Below the pieces are notes generated by a model, which was not told the origin of the DNA, searched no databases, and saw nothing but the letters and a program-made list of their open reading frames with translations. This document shows, one piece after another, positions 19,464 to 27,717 of a stretch of 64,000 nucleotides of DNA; position 1 is the first letter of the stretch, and each line of letters starts with the position of its first letter. The position numbers were made by a program, and so were the translations under genes. Source of the DNA: Candidatus Sulfotelmatobacter sp. (lineage in GTDB: Bacteria > Acidobacteriota > Terriglobia > Terriglobales > Acidobacteriaceae); NCBI GenBank assembly GCA_035945695.1, contig DASYZZ010000019.1, positions 23,813-87,812 of the forward strand, written 5' to 3'.

Positions 19464-20922
19464 CGACGCGATCCGCTGCGATGCCTGCCCTGTGCTCTGC
19501 TACATCAAACCGGGACGCACGGGCTCGTGTGATCGCTACGGGAATCACGACGGCAAATTGGTGAGGCTCGATCCGCACGTGGTGCTCGATCGCGCAGTCG
19601 AACGCGGAGACTCGGTGGTCCCATTTCTCGAACGCAGCCGCGACTGGGACGGAACGCTGGTGAGCCACGGCCAAACGTTCGTGACCGCAATTGGAGCGGG
19701 CACGACTTACCCGGATTACAAGCCCGCGCCGTTCATCATCTCGTCGCAGATCGAAGGCGTGGACATGGTCACGGTCGTGACCGAAGGAATCTTCAGCTAC
19801 TGCGGCGTGAAGTTGAAGATCGACACCGATCGCCATCTTGGTGCGGAATGCAGCACGGTGCGGGCTCAGGGCGAAGCGGTTGGGCACGTCACGACCAGCG
19901 AATACGGTTCGCAGATGCTCTCGCTGGGCGGCGTGCGACATTTGACCGGAGGCAGCCGGCAGGAAGGAACCGCGACCTGCGACGCCCTCCTGAATCTGTG
20001 CAATGGCAATCCGGTCGAACTGAAGATTGATGATGGAGCGAAAGTGGTTGTGCAGGCCGGCAAGGCTCCGGTTGTCGATGGAGTGCAGGAAGAGAGAATG
20101 CGCGTGGGCTGCGGTTCGGCGACGATCGGCATGTTCGCCAAACAATGGTTCGGGAAAGTGGACGACGTTGTTGTCGTCGACGATCACATCACCGGAGTTC
20201 TCTCGGAGCATCAGGCCGGCAAGTTGCTTGGCGTGCGGGAAACCGGGATCAAGCTGAAAGGAAGGCGCTCCACGCCTGGAAGATATTTTCAGGTTGCAGA
20301 GCCGGGAACCTCGTGGGGCGGAACAGATATCGATGATCCGCTGGAAATTCTAGGAAAGTTCAACCCAAAGAAAGCGTGGCCTGGATTGCGGCTGCTGATG
20401 GTCAGCACAACCGGCGAGCATCACGCATACTTCGAACTGGACGAAGACCTGAAGCCGCGCGAAAAGGAATTGCCCAAGAATTTGAAGCAGTCTGTCGCGC
20501 GCATCCGCGAGAACTGTGAGCCGGCGTTGTGCACGGTCCTTTTTATGGGCGGTGCGGGCGGATCGTTGCGGGCCGGCGTGACCGAAAATCCGGTGAAGCT
20601 GACGCATTCTGTCGGGGACGCACTCACTCGCGTCACCTGTGGTGGCGCTCCGGTGTATATCTGGCCTGGGGGCGGAATCACGTTTATGGTGGATGTGACG
20701 CGGATGCCACAGAACGCGTTCGGATACGTGCCAACTCCCGCGCTGGTGGCTCCGATTGAATTCACGCTGAAGCTTTCCGACTATGCTGAACTTGGCGGAT
20801 ATGTGGAAAGCGTTCGTCCGTTAAGCTCGATCGTTTCGAATGCAGACGGGAGAAGGCGAGTGACAGCCCACGCGGAGAATCCATGGCCGCTCGAAGCAGG
20901 ATCGAAGGTAAAAAGAAAATGA
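19456..20922 (+). CDS. 6-hydroxynicotinate-reductase-like Fe-S protein
   Basis: About 488 aa. N-terminal Cys motif IRCDACPVLCYIKPGRTGSCDRYGN. The overall pattern matches what I recall of proteins annotated 6-hydroxynicotinate reductase (Hnr). GTG 19456 overlaps the upstream stop (19461-19463). Confidence 0.7.
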   Translation: MADDAIRCDACPVLCYIKPGRTGSCDRYGNHDGKLVRLDPHVVLDRAVERGDSVVPFLERSRDWDGTLVSHGQTFVTAIGAGTTYPDYKPAPFIISSQIEGVDMVTVVTEGIFSYCGVKLKIDTDRHLGAECSTVRAQGEAVGHVTTSEYGSQMLSLGGVRHLTGGSRQEGTATCDALLNLCNGNPVELKIDDGAKVVVQAGKAPVVDGVQEERMRVGCGSATIGMFAKQWFGKVDDVVVVDDHITGVLSEHQAGKLLGVRETGIKLKGRRSTPGRYFQVAEPGTSWGGTDIDDPLEILGKFNPKKAWPGLRLLMVSTTGEHHAYFELDEDLKPREKELPKNLKQSVARIRENCEPALCTVLFMGGAGGSLRAGVTENPVKLTHSVGDALTRVTCGGAPVYIWPGGGITFMVDVTRMPQNAFGYVPTPALVAPIEFTLKLSDYAELGGYVESVRPLSSIVSNADGRRRVTAHAENPWPLEAGSKVKRK

Positions 20923-21818
20923 ATTCGCGCGCCCAGATTCGAATGTTGCCGGACGGGCGGCGGCTGCACTTGCAGGATGGTCCGATCGATTTGATCGTCG
21001 AGGCGTTTGGCCGCCCGGAAGATGTGCAGTGCGCGTATGACGCGGCGTGCGCGCGGTTTGTGAACGTGCTGAACGAATTGTGCAGCGAGTTGGCATTTCT
21101 GCGCACGGCTTGCACTGCCGACTGCGATTGGCCTGGCGGTTCAGTGGCGCGGCGTATGACGGCTGCAGTCAGTCCCTACGCTGGCGAATTCTTTATCACA
21201 CCGATGGCGGCTGTGGCTGGAGCCGTTGCGGAAGAGATTCTGGCGGCTATGCTCTCGGCTGCGACGCTTTCGCGCGCTTACGTAAATGATGGAGGAGACA
21301 TCGCGCTGCATGTGGGCAAGGGAGAAAAGTTTGTGATCGGGATGGTGGAACGTCCGGATCGCCCTTCGCTGTTTGGAACTACGACGATTCGGTGCGAAGA
21401 TCCGGTGCGCGGGATCGCCACGAGCGGCTGGCGCGGGCGCAGCTTTTCACTGGGAATCGCAGATGCTGTCACGGTGCTGGCCGATCGCGCCGCTGCGGCC
21501 GATGCGGCCGCGACCATCATCGCGAATGCTGTGGACTTGCCCGGGCATCCGGCGATTATGCGGATTGCTGCGTGCGAACTTGCTCCTGACAGCGATCTCG
21601 GGGCGCGCCTGGTCACGCAGAACGTTGGACCGTTAACAGCCGCCGAAATCGACGAAGCACTCGCAGCGGGAGTTGCGACCGCGGAGAAACTGCTCAGGAT
21701 TGGTTTGATTCGAGGCGCGGCGCTGAATCTTGAGGGACAGACCCGTGTGGTCGGAGGCGTTGGTGCGCGAAGCATGATTTTCGCTGGCGTTGAGGAAAGG
21801 AATCTCGTTCATGCCTGA
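20919..21818 (+). CDS. UPF0280 family protein (ApbE-like superfamily), function unknown
   Basis: ATG 20919 forms an ATGA overlap with the Hnr-like stop (20920-20922). ITPMAAVAGAVAEEI and GIATSGWRGRSFSLGIADAVTV resemble UPF0280/ApbE-like cores. Family call from memory. Confidence 0.62.
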   Translation: MNSRAQIRMLPDGRRLHLQDGPIDLIVEAFGRPEDVQCAYDAACARFVNVLNELCSELAFLRTACTADCDWPGGSVARRMTAAVSPYAGEFFITPMAAVAGAVAEEILAAMLSAATLSRAYVNDGGDIALHVGKGEKFVIGMVERPDRPSLFGTTTIRCEDPVRGIATSGWRGRSFSLGIADAVTVLADRAAAADAAATIIANAVDLPGHPAIMRIAACELAPDSDLGARLVTQNVGPLTAAEIDEALAAGVATAEKLLRIGLIRGAALNLEGQTRVVGGVGARSMIFAGVEERNLVHA

Positions 21819-22395
21819 GGTGGTCATACGAAAGAGACTCACCTGTGTTGAGGCGATTTTTCACGAAGGCGGTGCGGTGGCGGCAAAGCCACTGCGGCGC
21901 GCGGCGATGCTGACGGTTATTCGAAATCCGTTTGCGGGATCGTACTTCGAAGACATCGCCAGCTTCATGGACGATCTGAAGCCTCTTGGTCTCGACATGG
22001 CGCGGAGGCTCGTTGCCGCGCTGGGCGGCGACGCGAAGATCGTCGAAGGCTACGGCAAAGGCGCGATCGTTGGATCGGCGGGAGAGATCGAGCATGGGGC
22101 GCTGTGGCACGTGCCCGGCGGGTACGGGATGCGTGAGGTGCTCGGCGGGGCGAAGGCGATTGTGGCGTCGACGAAGAAAGTCGGCGGACCGGGGACGCGG
22201 CTCGATATTCCGATCACGCACATCAACGCGTCGTACGTGAGGAGCCATTTCGATGCGATGGAAGTCGGCGTTCCGGATGCGCCGCGAGCCGACGAAATCG
22301 TGCTGGCGCTGGTGATGACTACTGGTGCTCGCGTCCATGCGCGGGTTGGCGGGCTGAAGGCTTCGGAGATCAAGGGCGAAGACGGGCTGAGGTGA
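21811..22395 (+). CDS. Amino-acid-synthesis family protein (DUF1185), copy 1
   Basis: ATG 21811 overlaps the upstream stop (21816-21818). AAMLTVIRNPFAGSYFEDI, GYGKGAIVGSAGEIEHGA, DIPITHINASYVRSHFDAMEV, GGLKASEIKGEDGLR. Confidence 0.8.
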   Translation: MPEVVIRKRLTCVEAIFHEGGAVAAKPLRRAAMLTVIRNPFAGSYFEDIASFMDDLKPLGLDMARRLVAALGGDAKIVEGYGKGAIVGSAGEIEHGALWHVPGGYGMREVLGGAKAIVASTKKVGGPGTRLDIPITHINASYVRSHFDAMEVGVPDAPRADEIVLALVMTTGARVHARVGGLKASEIKGEDGLR

Positions 22396-22402
22396 GAGCA
22401 CG

Positions 22403-22987
22403 ATGAAAGCGAAGATCCGCAAGATCGCGACGTTTGTGGAAGAGACGCTGAGGGAGATGGATCGCGAGATTTCTCCTCCGACGCGGAAGGCTGCGGCCGT
22501 GGCCGTGATTGAGAATCCGTGCGCGGGAAAATATGTGGAGGATCTCTCGGAGTTGATGGCTATCGGCGAAGAGTTGGGCGAGATGCTCACATCGCGCGCT
22601 GTCGCGGCGCTCGGGATTGCTGGGCCGTCGGCGGAAAGTTATGGCAAAGCCGCGGCGGTTGGCGAGAACGGCGAACTGGAACATGCGGCTGCGATTCTGC
22701 ATCCGAAGCTGGGGACGCCGGTGCGGCGCGTGCTGGGCAAGGGCGCGGCGCTGATCCCTTCGTCGAAGAAGCGCGGCGGGCTGGGAACGGTGCTCGATAT
22801 TCCGCTCGGCCACAAGGACGCGGCGTTCGTGCGGAGTCACTTTGACGGGATGGAAGTGCAGTTGAACGATGCGCCGCGGGCAAATGAAATTATGGTTGCT
22901 GTCGCGGTGACGGATAGCGGGCGTCCGCTGGCGCGCGTCGGCGGATTGACGAAGAATCAGATCAAGGGCGAGGACGGGTTGCGGTAA
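22403..22987 (+). CDS. Amino-acid-synthesis family protein (DUF1185), copy 2
   Basis: Paralogue of the previous gene: AAAVAVIENPCAGKYVEDL, SYGKAAAVGENGELEHAA, DIPLGHKDAAFVRSHFDGMEV, GGLTKNQIKGEDGLR. 7-nt gap to copy 1. Confidence 0.8.
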   Translation: MKAKIRKIATFVEETLREMDREISPPTRKAAAVAVIENPCAGKYVEDLSELMAIGEELGEMLTSRAVAALGIAGPSAESYGKAAAVGENGELEHAAAILHPKLGTPVRRVLGKGAALIPSSKKRGGLGTVLDIPLGHKDAAFVRSHFDGMEVQLNDAPRANEIMVAVAVTDSGRPLARVGGLTKNQIKGEDGLR

Positions 22988-22991
22988 AGCT

Positions 22992-23009
22992 GTCGCGCTT
23001 ACGCGCGAC
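22992..23009. terminator. Hairpin between convergent gene ends
   Basis: GTCGCGC-TTAC-GCGCGAC, a perfect 7-bp stem with a 4-nt loop, lying between stops at 22987 (+) and 23032 (-). No flanking T-tract. Confidence 0.4.
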
Positions 23010-23031
23010 CGGACAGCCGAGGCGGTTGTCG

Positions 23032-24228
23032 CTACGCTCGCACAACTTCCGGAACACGCGTTGCTGGCGGCGTGTTGCGGCTGCGCTGGATGCTGACTGC
23101 GCCGTCGGTGACTACCATGGCGACTCCGGGCAGGTCTCCTTTTTGAATGCTGTCGAGGAGATTTTTTCCTGACGACTGCTGCGCGGTGTCGAGGAGGACG
23201 AAGCTGGCTTCGCGGCCGGGAGTGATCCATCCGCAGTTGAGGCTGCGCATCTTCGCCGTGTTGCCGGTTGCGAGGCAGATCGCCTGCTCGGCAGGAATCT
23301 CACCCAGAGAAGAAAGCATCGAGATCATCCGCAGAATTCCTAACGGCTGCACGCCCGATCCGGCTGGCGAATCTGTGCCGAGGATCACGCGATCGAGTTG
23401 CTTCAGCGACTTTGCGGTGCGCAAGGCGAGAAGGGCGGCGCGCTCGTTTCCGTTGTGAACGATCTCGAGGGCGCGCGGAGATTTTTCGCAGAGGGCGACG
23501 ATCTGGTCGTCGGGGAGCGCGGTGTGGCCTCCGTTGACGTGGCCGATGACGTCGGCGTCGGTTTCGAGGACCATGTCTTTGTCGATGAGGCTGGAGCCGG
23601 GGATCGACGGGCCGCCGGTATGGATCGTGCTCTGGATGCCGTATTTGCGGGCCCAGGCGACCATGCGGCGTCCGGTGGTTCCGTCTTTGACGCTGCCGAG
23701 GCCGACTTCGCCGAGAAATTTCACGCCGGCGGCGGCGAGATCTTTGAAGTCATCTTCGACCATACCCTGCTCAAGCACGGGAGCGCCGGCGTAGATCTTG
23801 ACGCCGCCGGGACGGAAGGCGTGGAAGGCACGCTGCGCGAAGATGGCCATCGCCTTGAGGCCGACGATGTCTTTGGGACGTCCGGGCGTGTGGACTTCGC
23901 CGGCCGAGACCATCGTGGTGACGCCGCCGTGGAGACAGCTGTCGATCCAGCCGAGCTGATTCTGGCGGGGAGTCCAGTCGCCGCAGACGGGGTGAACGTG
24001 ACTGTCGATGAGTCCGGGAGCGAGCGCTGTGCCTTTGGCGTCGATCGTCGTGGTCGCTCCGGTTGTGTCGAGGTCTTTCTCTTTGCCCACCGAGTGAATC
24101 AAGCCGTCGATCGCAACGACAGTGTTGGCGTCGAGGATCGGGTGATCGAGGTCTCCGCTGAGAAGGAGTCCGATGTTGCGGATGACGAGCTTAGAAGTTG
24201 CCGCTTTGGCGGGAGTGTCGTGGCTCAT
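23032..24228 (-). CDS. Enamidase-like amidohydrolase (1,4,5,6-tetrahydro-6-oxonicotinate amidohydrolase family)
   Basis: 398 aa. LVIRNIGLLLSG...GLIDSHVHPVCGDW (HxH metal site), HGGVTTMVSAGE, IHTGGPSIPGSS, GHVNGGHTA, LGTDSPAGSG. The size and motif order are as I recall for enamidase. Confidence 0.75.
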   Translation of the reverse strand: MSHDTPAKAATSKLVIRNIGLLLSGDLDHPILDANTVVAIDGLIHSVGKEKDLDTTGATTTIDAKGTALAPGLIDSHVHPVCGDWTPRQNQLGWIDSCLHGGVTTMVSAGEVHTPGRPKDIVGLKAMAIFAQRAFHAFRPGGVKIYAGAPVLEQGMVEDDFKDLAAAGVKFLGEVGLGSVKDGTTGRRMVAWARKYGIQSTIHTGGPSIPGSSLIDKDMVLETDADVIGHVNGGHTALPDDQIVALCEKSPRALEIVHNGNERAALLALRTAKSLKQLDRVILGTDSPAGSGVQPLGILRMISMLSSLGEIPAEQAICLATGNTAKMRSLNCGWITPGREASFVLLDTAQQSSGKNLLDSIQKGDLPGVAMVVTDGAVSIQRSRNTPPATRVPEVVRA

Positions 24229-24399
24229 GAGAATTTTTTTTCTGGAAGGTGTTTTGGAGCGGACAAATCATAACCGATGCCAGTTTTCGGGATCGTTCGC
24301 GTTGGGGATTACTACCTGGTACATACCCTATCCCCCCTCCCCCTCGATCCACTGGAATCATCGAGTTAGCGGGAAAATCGCGAAATGATCCTTTGCTTT

Positions 24400-24569
24400 C
24401 AAGATTTTGCAGGCAAAATCTTGAAAACAAATCAGTTGCAAGCTCACCTGCGCGAAGATTTTTTCTGGTCGAGTCGCGCAAAATATTGTTTTCAAAGAAC
24501 TTATCGGATTCTAGCTGCCTAGTCTGCCTACAAAATCTTGAGACGCAGGGACTTACAGACAAAATCTTC
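24400..24569. promoter_or_regulatory. Array of six copies of a CAAAAT(C/A)TT(G/C) 10-mer, including one perfect inverted pair
   Basis: CAAGATTTTG (24400-09) CAGG CAAAATCTTG (24414-23). GAAGATTTT (24454-62, reverse orientation). CAAAATATTG (24479-88). CAAAATCTTG (24531-40). CAAAATCTTC (24560-69). Confidence 0.6.
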
Positions 24570-24912
24570 AAAACATTGACGTTAGAAGGAACAGGAATTT
24601 CCGGGGCCGACATTCGCGGTCCGCTGACATCATCGGAGTTTGGGGCTGTGGAAGGCTAGGGCAGATGTCACATCGGGCTGTGGAAAAGGGGTTGTTATCT
24701 GCGGTACTTGGTTCCGTCCCTATGAACTCGAGCGATCCGAAAATCGAATCGGCATTCTCGACGATGAAACGCCGGTTGCCTCACTCTCTTCCGCAGCAAG
24801 GCGACACAAGAGATTCCCCGTGAGGCAGCTTCGCAAGTGTTCATCGATGATATCTGCAAGCTCGGCGTTGACCCTGTTTTTGGGGTACGGATGGCGTAAA
24901 CTAGGCGCTCCC

Positions 24913-25674
24913 ATGTACCGGATTGCTAGCGTCCTTCTAATTTCCTGCCTTATTGCCGCAGGACAAATTGCAGGCAAGGGAGGGAAAGCGACTGGAAGTG
25001 AAGCGCACGCAAACGTGCAATCCCAACCAACCAATCAGGCGCCCATAATTCAGACTCGCCCCGACTCCGAACCGAGCCGAGAACGCACCGAACAGGCAGG
25101 GAGGAGCAACGGGCCTCATGATTGGGTAGACAAAGTTAACGCGCTGTCCACTCTCGTCATTGCTGCTTTTACCGCTGCCATGTTCTTTATGGTAAGGGCT
25201 CAGGTCCGTGAATACCGAACCCGCGAACGGGCTTGGATGGTTTTCTCTATCGAGCAGCCTCCCACGCAGGTTTCGCAGGGCGGGCAGCCGACTGGATTTA
25301 GTATCGTGGGATTCCTCCGCAACGTCGGGAGCACCCCCGCGACCATCGTCAAGCAAAGCCACTTTGGAAACATCGGCAACCGTGGCGATTTCACTGCCGT
25401 TCCGCCATACATGAGCGATAAACCTTTGGATTCCGCCTATTCGTTTGTCCCTAACGATGTACGACCTGCTCTTTTTCATGTGGACGATAGTCAAATGAGG
25501 GCCGCATTTGCAGGTCGCGTCCATATCTACGTATTTGGCCAGATCGTTTATAGGGACGTTTTCGGGAAAGGCCACGAAACTCGGTATTGTTTCCGCTACT
25601 ATCCGACCGCCACCGCCGACCATCAGACTGGGTTCTACCCAGAGGGTCCGGCTGAGTACTTGAAAGTGACCTGA
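24913..25674 (+). CDS. Hypothetical membrane protein
   Basis: ATG 24913 gives MYRIASVLLISCLIAAGQIAG (signal/TM). A second TM follows (LSTLVIAAFTAAMFFMV), then a about 150-aa soluble domain. The track start 24640 and ATG 24847 are alternatives. AT-richer than the flanks. Confidence 0.5.
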   Translation: MYRIASVLLISCLIAAGQIAGKGGKATGSEAHANVQSQPTNQAPIIQTRPDSEPSRERTEQAGRSNGPHDWVDKVNALSTLVIAAFTAAMFFMVRAQVREYRTRERAWMVFSIEQPPTQVSQGGQPTGFSIVGFLRNVGSTPATIVKQSHFGNIGNRGDFTAVPPYMSDKPLDSAYSFVPNDVRPALFHVDDSQMRAAFAGRVHIYVFGQIVYRDVFGKGHETRYCFRYYPTATADHQTGFYPEGPAEYLKVT

Positions 25675-25767
25675 CGTTGCTGGACAAGAACCTAATTGAC
25701 AGTTTCGACGGACGTCGGTCTTTAATGACGTTTTCCGTTCTTCGCGGCACCGGCTGAAAGGTTCGAA

Positions 25768-26643
25768 ATGTGGCTAAGTGCAGGATTCTTTGACGAGAGC
25801 ACGGATGAGGACACCGAAGGAACATGTTATGTGATTGCCGGATTCATAGGCGCTCAACTCATCACTGCAAAGGTAGAACTTCGCTGGCGCGATCTCCTAG
25901 ACAAATATGAGTTGGAATATTTCAAAGCGTCAGAGTTGAGCGCTGGCACTGGCCAATTTCAAAAGTTTCGCGATAATCCCTCTAGATATGGCTTCCGTTC
26001 TTTCTCGCAGCGAGAGAAGGACACGTTCAAGGAGATCAGCACTGCGTTTACAGACGTGATTGTGAATGCCGAGAGTCTTTATGGCATCGGGGCGGCGGTG
26101 ATTTTGCCCGACTTGCAGCGACTGCAAGCCGAATATCCGCGGGCAAAGAGGTTGCCACGCCCCTATCACATGTGTGCTCAATTGGTTTTGGTTGAAGCTG
26201 GTAACGAAATGCTAGCGCAAAACCAGCCACCACGCGGCGATGATACGTGTTTTCTCAGGCCGATTTTCGACGAACACGAGGAATTTAGTCGTCGGGCAAA
26301 GAAGGCATGGGATGGTTTCTGCCAAAAAAACCCCAACTGCTCGAAGTTTTTGCTGCCTCCTCATTATGAGTCAGAGAACACCTATCTGACCCTACAAGCT
26401 GCTGACCTCTTGGCGTTTGAGCTACGCAAGCTGATTCTGATGGAGCGAAGAAATCTTCAGACTCGGCGACAGCCTCTTAAAAGAATGGCCCAAACCGGCA
26501 ACATCATACGTACTTTCAAGGTCAACTACGATGCGTTGAAAATGATTGCCGACGCTAACATTGGCTCAGATCCTCAAGAGATCGTGAAGCGTATAGCACC
26601 AAACGAGGTGCCCTTCTCGGCTTTGCAGGATAGTGCAAAGTGA
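25768..26643 (+). CDS. DUF3800-family protein
   Basis: N-terminal SAGFFDESTDEDTEGTCYVIAGF (DES motif) and distal YLTLQAADLLAFELRK (QAAD motif), as I recall for DUF3800. Hand counts of two 60-nt lines gave 29 and 27 G+C. Confidence 0.62.
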   Translation: MWLSAGFFDESTDEDTEGTCYVIAGFIGAQLITAKVELRWRDLLDKYELEYFKASELSAGTGQFQKFRDNPSRYGFRSFSQREKDTFKEISTAFTDVIVNAESLYGIGAAVILPDLQRLQAEYPRAKRLPRPYHMCAQLVLVEAGNEMLAQNQPPRGDDTCFLRPIFDEHEEFSRRAKKAWDGFCQKNPNCSKFLLPPHYESENTYLTLQAADLLAFELRKLILMERRNLQTRRQPLKRMAQTGNIIRTFKVNYDALKMIADANIGSDPQEIVKRIAPNEVPFSALQDSAK

Positions 26644-26781
26644 AGGGAGCTCGCCAGACTTGTTGGCATGCGATAACTGGCTGCCGACTGTGAAAACGGA
26701 TCTTGTCAAGCGGCCCGTGGTGGAAGCCGGTTCTCGATTGGCGGCGCCTAACTCCAGCGCCTAAAGGCGGGTTCATTCTGG

Positions 26782-26847
26782 GTGCCTTTTCGGCACGCAT
26801 AAATGCGTGCCCTGATACGAACCCGATTTGGCGTGCCCTGACACGAA
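26782..26847. repeat. GGCACG-type palindrome plus 17-nt direct repeat (variant REP-like element)
   Basis: GGCACGCAT-AA-ATGCGTGCC (26792-26811). GCGTGCCCTGATACGAA (26805-21) is repeated as GCGTGCCCTGACACGAA (26831-47). Confidence 0.6.
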
Positions 26848-26915
26848 TCGCGCTTGTACCGGGTTCGGCATCGGCGCTACTATAGCCTGCTCTGCTGAAT
26901 CGGGGGGCGACCTTC

Positions 26916-27272
26916 ATGCCGCAAAATTACGTTCCGATCTTTATTTTCATCGCCATCGTGGGCACGCTGCTGCCGATTACGCTGCTGCTGGCGAAGCTGG
27001 TGCGTCCGTCGAATCCGAGCAAGACCAAGCTAATGCCTTACGAGTGCGGCATCGATCCGATCGACAGCGCTCGCGGCAGGTACACGGTGCGGTACTACAT
27101 CATCGCGATCCTTTTCGTAGTATTCGATGTGGAGACGATTTTTCTGTTTCCGTGGGCGGTGAAGTTCAAGGCGTTCGGGATTTTCGGGCTGGTGGAGATC
27201 CTGATTTTTCTGGCGATCCTGATCGTTGGGTATATATGGGTGTGGAAAAAGGGCGCGCTGGAGTGGGTGTAG
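26916..27272 (+). CDS. nuoA: NADH-quinone oxidoreductase subunit A
   Basis: 118 aa. YECGIDPIDSARGRYTVRYYIIAILFVVFDVETIFLFPWAV is the canonical NuoA/ND3 core. No nuoB follows. Confidence 0.9.
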   Translation: MPQNYVPIFIFIAIVGTLLPITLLLAKLVRPSNPSKTKLMPYECGIDPIDSARGRYTVRYYIIAILFVVFDVETIFLFPWAVKFKAFGIFGLVEILIFLAILIVGYIWVWKKGALEWV

Positions 27273-27297
27273 ACGTTCGGTGGCTTCCTGAATCAGC

Positions 27298-27717
27298 ATG
27301 ATGGATCCGAAAAATCCGATTGTGTGGCTGTGCGTGCAGGGGATGCAGGCTGAGGCCGGCGGAAAGCTGGAGGCGGCGCATCTGCTGTTCACGCAGGCGT
27401 GGGAAGAGAGCCATACCGACTACGAGGCCTGCGTGGCGGCGCATTATGTGGCGCGTCATCAGAAGACGGCCGAAGAGACGCTGCGCTGGAATCAGGAAGC
27501 GCTGGACCGGGCAAATCTTGTGAAAAACGGCGCCGTGCAGGGCTTTTATCCGTCGCTCTATTTGAATCTCGCCCAATCGCATGCGAGTCTCGGGAATCGG
27601 GAAGAAGCGAAGAAATATTATGAGTGGGCGTCGCTGGCGTCGTCGGCGCTCTCGGGAGATGTGTACGGAAAAACGGTGAGGGATGCGATCGCGCGCGGAC
27701 TGGAGCGGGTTGATTGA
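27298..27717 (+). CDS. Hypothetical helical (TPR-like) protein
   Basis: 139 aa, alpha-helical repeat-like (LYLNLAQSHASLGNREEAKKYYEWA). Its end overlaps the next start. Confidence 0.55.
   Translation: MMDPKNPIVWLCVQGMQAEAGGKLEAAHLLFTQAWEESHTDYEACVAAHYVARHQKTAEETLRWNQEALDRANLVKNGAVQGFYPSLYLNLAQSHASLGNREEAKKYYEWASLASSALSGDVYGKTVRDAIARGLERVD

Noticed and set aside
24277-24295. Possible sigma-54 promoter for the enamidase-like gene (minus-strand TGGCAT at 24282-24277).
   Set aside because: The spacing test fails. Ten nt after the GG, the sequence reads GA, not the GC dinucleotide required at -12.
24400-24569. Considered whether the repeated 10-mers form a CRISPR-like array.
   Set aside because: The units are only about 10 nt, occur in both orientations and have irregular spacing (14, 25-65 nt). 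No cas genes are present.
24191-24659. Track ORFs 24191..24613(-) and 24249..24659(+) covering the intergenic 10-mer array.
   Set aside because: They overlap each other across a repeat-laden, AT-richer spacer. They show no domain-like sequence. They are better explained as chance ORFs over a regulatory region.
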